Shown piece by piece: positions 1-8,683 of a DNA stretch of 45,359 bases. The stretch's first letter is position 1. The number at the start of each line of letters is the position of its first letter. Made by a program: the position numbers and the translations under genes. The notes below the pieces were generated by a model. That model was not told the DNA's origin, searched no databases, and was given only the letters and a program-made list of their open reading frames with translations. The DNA is from Escherichia phage Mt1B1_P10: the sequence record MT496971.1. One strand, 5' to 3'.

Positions 1-267
1 TAGCCCACCCACGCCCACCCTGTCAAACGCTCAGGAATGGCCCTAAAACGGCCTGTGTAAGCCCTAAGCGGTTGCACTAAGGCAATCACCTTGTCCAATA
101 CTAAGGCGTGCCCTAGCGCTTCCTAGGCGTTCTCCTTGTGCAGCCACTAAGAGCAGACCTCGGCAAACCCTAGGCCACCCGTCGAAGACGTACCAGCCCA
201 GCCCAATTCCCAAGCCAACCGCAGCGCGGCCCCCATATGGGGAAAATCCGGCGAGGGCGAGGGCGAG
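1..267. repeat. Direct terminal repeat, copy at window start (genome right end)
   Basis: Bases 1-267 are identical to 45093-45359. Contains CCACCC and GGGCGAG short repeats and a CCCCATATGGGG palindrome. Confidence 0.9.
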
Positions 268-617
268 ACACCTCACACACGCCTATATCAAAATTTTGAC
301 TTTGGTTACTTTGTGAGCGACCTCCGTATCTTCTCGTCCCTTATTTGGTCTTCACTAAGAATGTACCTCTTACGACCTAGGACATCACTGAGTATACACA
401 ACAAAGATAACATACCTACACCCCCCCCCCTTTGATGGCACTAAGAGCAAACCTAGGTCTGCCCTTGTGTACACTAAGATATTAACCTGCTTAAGCAGAA
501 GATGCAGAAGGTTTCTTCAAGGCACGACGTTGTACATCCTTGGCAATGGCGTATGCCTGCTTAGGGTCACGTCCTGATTAAATAAGTTCTTCTGCGTTCT
601 GGCGTACAGCAGCTTGC

Positions 618-3053
618 TTAACTGATTTTATTAGCGGCATACATCTCCTCTAATTTATCAAGACGATGGCGAGTGTAGGCAGCCTCTAGGATTAGAACTT
701 CACTATATCTCACACCGTACCTACCTTCTTCGAAGGACACAATTCCATACTTAATGGCATCCAATCCTTCAGCTTCAAAAGCAGCTACAATATCCTGAGC
801 CAAGACACCGAAGTGTATGCTATCAAGATTCCTCTCTGCTTCACTATTCAAACCATACTGTTTAAAACCAACTCTACTCCAAGCCTTTAACACCTTGGTA
901 TTAATACTAGAGATGCCGTACTTGTGGTCAGCATCTGAAGTGGTAACGGGGTCACTGCCTAGGTAGATGGTAGTGAATCGGTTACTAGGTCCACCAGCAG
1001 CAAACTGGTTATCTACAGCAGGCATGATTGGTGCACCTTGGAATAGGTGCTCATTTCCGTTATAAGTGATACGATTAGCATTACTTGAATTAGAGCCGTG
1101 CAAAGTTATCTGTGCACCTGAAGATGACGAAGTCTTTTCTCCACCACAAATAATCAAACGTTGACCAGTTGGGTTGTCCTTTGGAACAGACTTGCCAATA
1201 AAGCCGTACTCACCCTCCATCTGCACTTCAGACCGTATATTGGCACTTGTGCTTGCTTTAAGTGTTAAGTGTCCAACTTTAGCATCCTCTGTAGCAATGT
1301 CATCTGAGAAATACAAAGGTGCAGGGATATTTCGTACTCCATCAGTACCCATGAAAGTGGGTATAGCCTGACCAGGAGTTGCACCATATGTGAACTTACG
1401 AGATACACGATTGTCATTTGCAATCTGCATCTTATAGCAGTATATATCAGTAGGGTGTCCGTGCCCTTTAAATGGGTCTTTATCTTTGTTGTCACCATAA
1501 GTCATTGGGTTGAAATGGTTTTCACCACCAAAGATATAGTAAATGTAGCTATCTTTAACTACCACCGAACCTACGCCTACACTTGAGTTAACAATGTCAC
1601 CCTGATAGATTTGGTCTGTGATGTTAACCCATTCAATATCATCTGCATTCCACTTGTTTACATTCAATCGTGCATAGAAGGTACGAGGATAAGATGCCTT
1701 GTAACGATCATCTGGTGCACCTGCTTCCCATTCATTTTCTGCACGTTCTGAACCAAACATAATAAGGTCATCTCCTACTTTAGCAAAAGGTAAGGTAGTA
1801 TGATGAACATTATGTGGAAATCTTAGTGACTCCCAAGTCTGACCTATATCTCTACTACGATGCAAAGAGCTTCCAAGTCTGTCCCCACGAGTACCACGAG
1901 TGATAAGGTATAACACACCGTCATAGTACTTGATGCATGGCTCTGACGCATCCGGTTCATACTCAGATGGTATCTGACGACGAACATAATTAGATGGGCT
2001 ATTGAAAGCATCAGGGAAGTAGAAAAGCCCAACTTCTCGTGGAGCTACATCGCCTTGATGATAGCCCATAACAAAGCCATTGTTATCAATAGTAGCAAAG
2101 CTATGCACCTCTGTGACACGAGGGATTAGACCAAGATCTGTCTTACGCCATGGAGACTTATGGAAAGAAGTACCCATGTGCCAACTCTTTCCAGCGTTAT
2201 TCAAATCTGAAGTCTGCTGGTTAGGTGTAAGAACCGTGAAGTTGTCCTTATCTATTACTGCTGCTACAGTCATATCACCTGATACGCCTGTTACCGCAGA
2301 ATTAGAGAAGTTAACAAAATCACCCACGAATAGTCCGTGATCTGGTACATGTATTGTTGCATATCGCTGATTTGCAGCTTTAGTGATACCACCAGTAAGA
2401 TGCAGGCTACGAGACATAGGGCGGTCCCACAATGCACAATTGGTTAGTGCGTTCTTGGCTAAAGTACGTGTTTCAATCATGGCAAACAGACGGTTGCGAC
2501 ATACACCCATGCTCATACAATGATAGTTCACTGTAGGGTAATCTGGATGTAGATCAGTTAACCACTCTGGAGTAGACCATGTTTGACCATCGTCACCAGA
2601 TTTAACCCATGATACATGCAGACGACTAACACCATGACGGTCGCTACCCATGTAAGGTGCATATATCACATTCTCATATACAAACGCTTTGTCTTGAGGC
2701 CAAGCATTGTAATAAGGGTTGTCCGTGATTTTATAGAGTTCACCATTGATAAAACCTTTACTCACATAGTAAAGAGGTTGACCTGCTAAACGTTCCCATA
2801 CGAAGCGGGTGTTATAGAATCGCTCCATATCAGGTAAAGATGATACTTTGTAAGTAGCACCAGCACCGTCAATTCTCTTACCTGAAGCCATCGCTGCATT
2901 TACTGCATCTTGGTCGTTTGTCTTACCATCACCTTTGGCTCCAAAGTCTTTAAGCGATACAACCTCGGTGAGCTTGTCATCCAAGTTACGCCAGATTGCA
3001 CCTGCTATTTTACTCTTGAATTTAACTAATGAAGAACCTAGTCTTTGAATCAT
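618..3053 (-). CDS. Tailspike: endosialidase (endo-N-acetylneuraminidase), 811 aa
   Basis: Two sialidase Asp-boxes (SGDDGQTW, SRDIGQTW); C-terminal region resembling the auto-cleaving intramolecular chaperone domain of endosialidases; N-terminal KDFGAKGDG motif. Start moved to ATG at 3053 (SD AAGGAGG); the track start at 3197 is an upstream extension. Confidence 0.8.
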   Translation of the reverse strand: MIQRLGSSLVKFKSKIAGAIWRNLDDKLTEVVSLKDFGAKGDGKTNDQDAVNAAMASGKRIDGAGATYKVSSLPDMERFYNTRFVWERLAGQPLYYVSKGFINGELYKITDNPYYNAWPQDKAFVYENVIYAPYMGSDRHGVSRLHVSWVKSGDDGQTWSTPEWLTDLHPDYPTVNYHCMSMGVCRNRLFAMIETRTLAKNALTNCALWDRPMSRSLHLTGGITKAANQRYATIHVPDHGLFVGDFVNFSNSAVTGVSGDMTVAAVIDKDNFTVLTPNQQTSDLNNAGKSWHMGTSFHKSPWRKTDLGLIPRVTEVHSFATIDNNGFVMGYHQGDVAPREVGLFYFPDAFNSPSNYVRRQIPSEYEPDASEPCIKYYDGVLYLITRGTRGDRLGSSLHRSRDIGQTWESLRFPHNVHHTTLPFAKVGDDLIMFGSERAENEWEAGAPDDRYKASYPRTFYARLNVNKWNADDIEWVNITDQIYQGDIVNSSVGVGSVVVKDSYIYYIFGGENHFNPMTYGDNKDKDPFKGHGHPTDIYCYKMQIANDNRVSRKFTYGATPGQAIPTFMGTDGVRNIPAPLYFSDDIATEDAKVGHLTLKASTSANIRSEVQMEGEYGFIGKSVPKDNPTGQRLIICGGEKTSSSSGAQITLHGSNSSNANRITYNGNEHLFQGAPIMPAVDNQFAAGGPSNRFTTIYLGSDPVTTSDADHKYGISSINTKVLKAWSRVGFKQYGLNSEAERNLDSIHFGVLAQDIVAAFEAEGLDAIKYGIVSFEEGRYGVRYSEVLILEAAYTRHRLDKLEEMYAANKIS

Positions 3054-3104
3054 GTAACCTCCTTTTTCTGAAAGGCTACCATCATGATAACCTTTAAGAA
3101 AAGT

Positions 3105-3132
3105 TGCGCGAAAAGCAGTGCTTACGCACTGC
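3105..3132 (-). terminator. Terminator-like hairpin between the two tailspike genes
   Basis: Minus-strand RNA GCAGUGC-GUAA-GCACUGC (7-bp stem, 4-nt loop) followed by UUUUCGCGCAACUUUUCUU, immediately after the upstream tailspike stop and before the endosialidase SD. Confidence 0.45.
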
Positions 3133-3138
3133 CTGTGA

Positions 3139-4578
3139 TTACCTACGAATTGCCTGTACGTGCAATATTCCGTTAAGTGTAACACTACTACCTGCACTTA
3201 GGTTTTTAATGTAAACATTACAACTATTATCACCTTGTGGCTTCAGAATAATAGCACATGATTGAACATCGAAAGTAGAACCATATGTAAGAACATCACC
3301 TTTATTTGGTTTATAGTCACCAACTAATTGTATAGTTCCTGCATTTAAATCTGCATTAGGTTCTAATGTTGTGTTTACAACTAGTGTCCCTTTAGCTACA
3401 ACACCATTATTACTGCACCAACCTACAGTAAGTGATGGGTTAAATACGGTATTGTCATATTCAATGAGACTATCTCCAACAGCAGCCATAGATGCACCAC
3501 CCTTAGCACCGACCCATGCCTTAAGTGCTGTAGTTCCTAGCTTAATTCTAGACTCACCAGAGGCCATAATTGGGTAGGTGAAGATACTAGTAGATTTAAG
3601 GTTCTCACCGAAGAAGATTCCATCTACATTGACCCTAGAGCTGTCGTGCGCTCTAAGAAAGTATGCTTCTTCACTTCCAGATGCTGGATCAACAACGACA
3701 TTATGCGAGTGTAAGGCATAACCGTTGATTGTTACTGTAGAATCTCCATGAATAAATATAGAAGCATTACCGCTATGATGGATCTCACAATTCTCACTAT
3801 ACATGCCATTTATCACAAGACCTTTGCAGTTTGTAATATCAAATGCCTGTAAACCTTGGATATCATTACATCCATCCATGGCGCAGTTATTCATTGTCAT
3901 ATTATAAACATTAGCCAGTCTATATGCTTGATAGCAATTAAGCGCATAGCATGTATCCATAAGGACTGTAGTTCCAGTGAACTTACGGAACCCCTCCCAG
4001 CAATTGATAGCAACCACATTGCGCATTGAGTATTGGAATGCTCCTGTTTCATCATGCAAACCAAAGTATGCACCACGGACAATGATGTTCTCCATGATAA
4101 ATTGAGAAGGCCATGCTTGTTGGTCGGCATCACCTAGATCTATGCCTTTTCTGCCTGCATAGTTATCTGGTTTGTTCTCTCCATAATCTATGAAGAACCC
4201 ACCTAAATAACCACCCATAGAGTAACCTGCGCTTTCATCATATTTCCATGCAGGCTCATTGTGTGAAGTTGCAAGGATTGTACCAAGACTAGGGACAGGT
4301 GCTATGCCGCCACCTTTTATAACCTGATTCTTAAAATACAAAGTCTCACTAATTATATAAATACCTACAGGGATATACACGTTCTTACCAGAAGCAAGTG
4401 CAGCTTTGAATGCAGCAGTATCATCGGCAGAGCCATCACCCTTAGCACCAAAATCTTTAACACTAACAAAGTAGTTATCAGCGTGTAAGGTGTTATCCCA
4501 TGCTTGTTTTAGATAATCTGACAGCAATCCACCTTCATGTATAATACCAGTTGTGACAGGTTTGGTAATTTTAGCCAT
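3139..4578 (-). CDS. Second tailspike / putative capsule depolymerase (pectate-lyase-like beta-helix), 479 aa
   Basis: N-terminal VSVKDFGAKGDGSADDTAAFKAALASGKNVYIPVGIY typical of pectate-lyase-fold depolymerases; Gly/Asn/Ser-rich beta-helix-like repeats. Start moved to ATG at 4578 (SD AGGAGG). Confidence 0.75.
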   Translation of the reverse strand: MAKITKPVTTGIIHEGGLLSDYLKQAWDNTLHADNYFVSVKDFGAKGDGSADDTAAFKAALASGKNVYIPVGIYIISETLYFKNQVIKGGGIAPVPSLGTILATSHNEPAWKYDESAGYSMGGYLGGFFIDYGENKPDNYAGRKGIDLGDADQQAWPSQFIMENIIVRGAYFGLHDETGAFQYSMRNVVAINCWEGFRKFTGTTVLMDTCYALNCYQAYRLANVYNMTMNNCAMDGCNDIQGLQAFDITNCKGLVINGMYSENCEIHHSGNASIFIHGDSTVTINGYALHSHNVVVDPASGSEEAYFLRAHDSSRVNVDGIFFGENLKSTSIFTYPIMASGESRIKLGTTALKAWVGAKGGASMAAVGDSLIEYDNTVFNPSLTVGWCSNNGVVAKGTLVVNTTLEPNADLNAGTIQLVGDYKPNKGDVLTYGSTFDVQSCAIILKPQGDNSCNVYIKNLSAGSSVTLNGILHVQAIRR

Positions 4579-4662
4579 TAGACCTCCTATTACTTCCCAA
4601 CCCTCCCTATGAAGATTGGCTAGTAATAGGCCGCTCAAAAGAACGGCACTATCTTATCTCTT

Positions 4663-4680
4663 CTATAGTGTCCAGTAAAT
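4663..4680 (-). promoter_or_regulatory. Phage RNAP promoter (SP6-type)
   Basis: Minus-strand ATTTACTGGACACTATAGAAG upstream of the 479-aa tailspike gene. Confidence 0.75.
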
Positions 4681-4709
4681 CGTAAGACACTGATACATAA
4701 AACTATGTA

Positions 4710-4907
4710 TTAATTATACCCGCGTTCTAGCGAAAGAATATACAAACCTAATTTTGTAGCGTCATGCTTACTAAAGCAGACCTTATCGTCCACCTCGTAA
4801 ACTGCCGTCAGCGTCGGCCCCAGAGGTTTCACCATTGCTTTCTCTGGTAACGCCTGCTGACACCCGGAAGTGGTCAGCGAACCAATCAGCAGGATTGTCG
4901 CTAGCAT
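4710..4907 (-). CDS. Candidate o-spanin (Rz1-like lipoprotein), 65 aa
   Basis: MLATILLIGSLTTSGCQQ... signal-like N-terminus with a Cys in lipobox-like context; starts inside the upstream overlapping ORF in another frame and extends beyond it (overlapped spanin architecture). Weak SD. Confidence 0.4.
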   Translation of the reverse strand: MLATILLIGSLTTSGCQQALPEKAMVKPLGPTLTAVYEVDDKVCFSKHDATKLGLYILSLERGYN

Positions 4908-5004
4908 GATTCGCTTCACTTTGTGCCTCCTTCTCTTCCTTCTTCTTCTTAGTGGCAAGCAGCAGGCCAATAAGACCTGCCACCACCTCAAGCACCTTAT
5001 TCAC
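4783..5004 (-). CDS. Candidate i-spanin (Rz-like), about 67-73 aa
   Basis: GTG start(s); N-terminal hydrophobic segment VLEVVAGLIGLLLA then a charged region; contains the embedded lipoprotein ORF. Shorter than typical i-spanins. Confidence 0.35.
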   Translation of the reverse strand: MNKVLEVVAGLIGLLLATKKKKEEKEAQSEANHASDNPADWFADHFRVSAGVTRESNGETSGADADGSLRGGR

Positions 5005-5146
5005 AGGTGATTACTTGGCATACCACGTCAGTGACGGAACCTTCCGTACCTTCACCTAGGTCTACGCCAAGACCTACAGAAACAAGAGCAATCACCAGTG
5101 CAACCAGTGCACCTACTACTTTCTTAGACTTAAACAGCTTTTTCAT
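4997..5146 (-). CDS. Small single-pass membrane protein, 49 aa (below track cutoff)
   Basis: ATG at 5146 with SD AAGGGAGA; MKKLFKSKKVVGALVALVIALVSVGLGVDLGEGTEGSVTDVVCQVITCE. Lies between the endolysin and the spanin candidates. Confidence 0.4.
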   Translation of the reverse strand: MKKLFKSKKVVGALVALVIALVSVGLGVDLGEGTEGSVTDVVCQVITCE

Positions 5147-5254
5147 TGCATCTCCCTTTCCATTGAGCTAACAAGTCAGAGTAATTCTTCCAGTCATCAT
5201 AGTTGCCACACTCGGCAGCTTGAGCAACCATGCGCTCGCACCATTCAATACATC

Positions 5255-5599
5255 TTACCATCGTGCACATCCATCTCTTACATCAATGTGGGTGAAATTA
5301 GGATAAGACCCAATGCCATATTTATTGGGGTAGCGTGCTGTAAGATAAGACCATACACGGTAAGGTGTAATGCCTTGTACCTTAATGTCAGCAGCCTTAC
5401 CAGTAAGATGCATGGAGTTCTTAGCTCCACCTACGTTGGCATTGTGCTTAGCACAGCGATGACCAGAGGTAATAACCACAGGGGCACCGAAATACTCACG
5501 CACATCTGTGACCACCTGTAGTAGCTCAGCATCAACTGTGGATGTACCGCACCCACAACGGCAAGCAAACTCTTTACGCTTGAAGTGTCTATTAAGCAT
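5255..5599 (-). CDS. Endolysin, peptidase M15-like zinc peptidase, 114 aa
   Basis: Motifs KEFACRCGCG, ITSGHRC...HNANVGGAKNSMHLTGKAADI resemble the M15 (D-Ala-D-Ala carboxypeptidase-like) fold. Start taken at the ATG with a GAGG SD (5599); the first ATG at 5611 is also possible. Confidence 0.8.
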   Translation of the reverse strand: MLNRHFKRKEFACRCGCGTSTVDAELLQVVTDVREYFGAPVVITSGHRCAKHNANVGGAKNSMHLTGKAADIKVQGITPYRVWSYLTARYPNKYGIGSYPNFTHIDVRDGCARW

Positions 5600-5620
5600 C
5601 ACCGACCTCATCTGTTACAA

Positions 5621-5908
5621 TTAAGCTACAGGGGTTACAGGTGTCTCCTCCATAGTGGTTGCATCCCAAGGGTCAGTTGGTTCACTACCACGTGCAATAG
5701 CGATGTACAAGGAGTTGTCTGCTTTCTCTACAGCAACCATGGAGCCTTTCTGTTTGCCAGATAAGTGTTTAATGTTGATAGGGTGATCTTTCTTCTTAAG
5801 GTCTGCTTCAGCAACAATAGGCAAAGGGATTGCCGTTGCAGTGGTTTGTACAGTTTTTACTCGAAAAGCTTGACCAGTAACAGTACCTGCGTTTCCATAA
5901 TTAGACAT
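5621..5908 (-). CDS. Hypothetical late protein, 95 aa; paralog of the next gene
   Basis: ATG with SD GAGGAG; shares MSN... N-terminus and an SGKQKG(S/A)MV...IAIA core with the 5921-6199 product. Confidence 0.6.
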   Translation of the reverse strand: MSNYGNAGTVTGQAFRVKTVQTTATAIPLPIVAEADLKKKDHPINIKHLSGKQKGSMVAVEKADNSLYIAIARGSEPTDPWDATTMEETPVTPVA

Positions 5909-5920
5909 GTAATTCTCCTC

Positions 5921-6199
5921 TTAAGCTGGGGTAATAGTTGTGACCGCTAATAACGTGGTCAGCCAATTGGAATCTTCTTTGCCATCAACTGCGATAGCAA
6001 TAACCAGTGTATCATGTGTATCAAGACACACCATGGCTCCTTTCTGCTTACCTGATTTGGTGGCATCATTAATAACATCACCTTTCTTCTCAACAGTGTC
6101 CTCGTAAACTACAGGAAGCATCAGGGCTTCACTCACAGGTTGTATCTGCTTACGAGCAGACTTACCGGTAAGGGGTTGTGTACTATAACTATTAGACAT
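5921..6199 (-). CDS. Hypothetical late protein, 92 aa; paralog of 5621-5908
   Basis: Start moved to ATG at 6199 (SD AGGAGA); the track start at 6259 is an upstream extension. Confidence 0.6.
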   Translation of the reverse strand: MSNSYSTQPLTGKSARKQIQPVSEALMLPVVYEDTVEKKGDVINDATKSGKQKGAMVCLDTHDTLVIAIAVDGKEDSNWLTTLLAVTTITPA

Positions 6200-6337
6200 T
6201 CTCTCTCCTATTGTGTAAGTATAGTAAGGAAGTAAGGAATAGGGTGTACAGGAGTACACCCATACTAAGGCATACCTATATAACCTAGGTTAACCTATAT
6301 TATCCTTGTTATTTCTCTTATTATCTGGGCCTTCCTT

Positions 6338-6355
6338 CTATAGTGTCCAGTAATT
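6338..6355 (-). promoter_or_regulatory. Phage RNAP promoter
   Basis: Minus-strand AATTACTGGACACTATAGAAGG overlapping the large terminase stop; upstream of the paralog pair and lysis genes. Confidence 0.7.
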
Positions 6356-8252
6356 AATAAGTCCTTGAAATCCTTGCAGAAAGTGTATTTCGATTTGCCG
6401 ATTTACTCCTGTAATTCTGACCGTACACTCTTTGCTGCATAGCCACGGAAGTGTTGGTTACTCTTCGCTCAGTGCCATAATCTCCATAGAGCATCGCCCT
6501 ACGGAGGTGAGGTGTGTTCATAGCATGGATGTAATCGCGCATCTCCTGCGCTCTGAGGCGATTAATCCGTGTAACCTCATCATAGTCTATCTGAGAAGTT
6601 AATTGCCGTATAGCGCCATACAGAGCGTCTAAGCGGTCATCGTGCCGGAGGCTGTTCTTCTCAATCGTGATGTTCGACATTTGATTGAAAAGGCTGTAGG
6701 ACATGCGTAGCTCAAGCGGATAGTTCTGTACCGAATCAAAGTCCGATTTCACCATCTCTGCGTTAAAGATGAGCCTGTGGGCCGCCATGAGTGGCTCTAG
6801 CGTCTCAATGATACGCAACTCTTTCTGTCCGGTGGCGTAATCCTCCTCCAGAGTCACAGGCCATTCTCGTTCAAAGTAAGGCTTAATTACCGCCTCAAAC
6901 GCGCCATGACCAAAGTTCTTTTCAATGAATACCTCTTTAACACCAGCCTGCTTTGCGGCCTGCACAATGCGATTCAGGGACGATTCGCGGTATCCGCCTG
7001 GCACGCCGAAGCACTGATACACGTAAATGAATGTGCCGTGCAGGAAGACAATCGCTACACCCGTTTCATCTCCATTCTTACCGCCGCCCGCTGGGTCGAT
7101 ATACATAATCTTGCGGGTAACAGCACCCCATTCATATGGGCGAGCCACAGGTCGATACATGAAGTCTGTAGGTTTATTGCCATACTTCGGTGCATCTCCA
7201 ATGATGTTGATGGAGTCGTTGCTCCACGTAGGCATCACAGGGACTTCCTCAGTACCGAATGAAGTGAAGATGAGATTGTTTAGACGAAGTGGGTATCTGT
7301 CAGCATCCATCATGCGAGTGTTAAGCATGAACTGAAGCTGGAACTTAGCCGCACCCTGAGAGATTTCCTTCTCAATCAGCACTTCATCGTCGTACATTTC
7401 AGGTGCGCAAGGTGCACCACTGTTACCGTCCAACCCATAACCAGAGCGAAGTGCGGGGTTGTCCTTCATATCCTGCACAATCATAGGTGCAAGGAAGTCA
7501 CCATAGCATTGCTCCTGCTCCACTGAAGGATAACGTGCAGTCCAGATACGAACAGAGTAACCACGAGCAGGTAAGTTATTGTAGATAGAGTTTACGTTCT
7601 GAGGTGTCCCAAGGTAGATGATGTCACCAAATTGGTTAATAGATTCAAATTCCTTGGTCAACTCCTCAAGCAATGCACGGCCTGCTGCTGTACGAGCATT
7701 CTGCATCGATTCAACGTCATCCGCTAGAATAATATCAGCACGAGCACCCTGCATACCTGCTTCGATTGAGTAACAGGATACAGAGGGGGACTTATCGCTA
7801 CCACGTAGGGTGTAATGAATCTCAAATGCTTTAACGGATGCACGGTCCCCTGCGTAGATATCCGGCAGCATAAACTCAAGGAAGTCTAGGCCACGGAAGA
7901 TTTTCACCACCCAACCAGCGATTTCCTCTGCTCGCTTAGCGTTTTGGGATACAACCATGATACGCTTATGCGGTTCGTGGATAATACGAAATACCGTATA
8001 GATTGCTGATAGTGTTGTCTTAGCGATACCACGAGGCGCTTCGATGAGGCGATACTTATGCCCGTAGAATAGGAACTTCAAGATATCAGCCTGCATACGA
8101 ATCAGATGAGGGTTGCCTGCAATCAAGTTATGGATAACTGTATCTGCAAAGAGAAGCAAACCTTCCGCTGTATATTTAAAAGTGTCTTGTAGTTCTTTAA
8201 GGTTTTCCCACCGCTTTAATGCCTCTGCCTGTGATTCTCTAGCCTTTGCCAT
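6354..8252 (-). CDS. Terminase large subunit (T7 gp19-like), 632 aa
   Basis: Walker-A-like RGIAKTT, LQFMLN motif and overall similarity to T7 gp19 as recalled. Start moved to ATG at 8252 (SD AAGGAG), which overlaps the HNH stop. Confidence 0.9.
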   Translation of the reverse strand: MAKARESQAEALKRWENLKELQDTFKYTAEGLLLFADTVIHNLIAGNPHLIRMQADILKFLFYGHKYRLIEAPRGIAKTTLSAIYTVFRIIHEPHKRIMVVSQNAKRAEEIAGWVVKIFRGLDFLEFMLPDIYAGDRASVKAFEIHYTLRGSDKSPSVSCYSIEAGMQGARADIILADDVESMQNARTAAGRALLEELTKEFESINQFGDIIYLGTPQNVNSIYNNLPARGYSVRIWTARYPSVEQEQCYGDFLAPMIVQDMKDNPALRSGYGLDGNSGAPCAPEMYDDEVLIEKEISQGAAKFQLQFMLNTRMMDADRYPLRLNNLIFTSFGTEEVPVMPTWSNDSINIIGDAPKYGNKPTDFMYRPVARPYEWGAVTRKIMYIDPAGGGKNGDETGVAIVFLHGTFIYVYQCFGVPGGYRESSLNRIVQAAKQAGVKEVFIEKNFGHGAFEAVIKPYFEREWPVTLEEDYATGQKELRIIETLEPLMAAHRLIFNAEMVKSDFDSVQNYPLELRMSYSLFNQMSNITIEKNSLRHDDRLDALYGAIRQLTSQIDYDEVTRINRLRAQEMRDYIHAMNTPHLRRAMLYGDYGTERRVTNTSVAMQQRVYGQNYRSKSANRNTLSARISRTY

Positions 8253-8682
8253 TTCGCCACTCCTTAAAGAGAGAAGAAACTCTTGGTTCACTTTTACCAG
8301 TAAGTCTAGCGGTTTCTGCTACACCCTTACCTTGCAAGAAGCAATCTTTTAATCTTGCTAAATAGCTATTTAAGGCACTCCTATCATTTCCATTGCATTT
8401 TAAATAGTTATTCTCGCTTCTTGTTACCCACTCCAAGTTGCTAACATCATTGTTGTGCTTATCGCCGTCTTTGTGGTTTACTTCATTATTAGTTTTAGGT
8501 AAATACTTATAAGCCACTAATTGATGAACATAGACATTACGCCATTTACCTTCTTTATTTTTAATTTTAACTGCTAAATAACCCCTACCCGCCTTGAATG
8601 GTTTGAGAGGGGTGCCACCCTTTGAAAGGATGACACCAGAAGGTAAGATGGTATAACCTTGAGATTCACACCATCTATGCAT
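8239..8682 (-). CDS. HNH homing endonuclease (NUMOD4-like N-terminus, HNH core, C-terminal HTH-like), 147 aa
   Basis: VNHKDGDKHNNDVSNLEW and HQLVAY motifs; paralog of the HNH at 38540-38896. ATG at 8682 uses the last two codons (GAGGAG) of the upstream gene as its SD; its 3' end overlaps the terminase start. Confidence 0.8.
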   Translation of the reverse strand: MHRWCESQGYTILPSGVILSKGGTPLKPFKAGRGYLAVKIKNKEGKWRNVYVHQLVAYKYLPKTNNEVNHKDGDKHNNDVSNLEWVTRSENNYLKCNGNDRSALNSYLARLKDCFLQGKGVAETARLTGKSEPRVSSLFKEWRNGKG

Positions 8683-8683
8683 A

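Noticed and set aside
64-276. 70-aa minus-strand ORF inside the terminal repeat (and its duplicate at 45008-45190)
   Set aside because: Lies in the terminal repeat with GC-rich short repeats, beyond the last gene; no SD or promoter; frame is a by-product of repeat composition.
4997-5146. Idea that the 49-aa membrane ORF and the 73-aa ORF are one frameshifted i-spanin
   Set aside because: No slippery sequence recognised; both ORFs have their own possible starts; cannot be supported without relatives or expression data.
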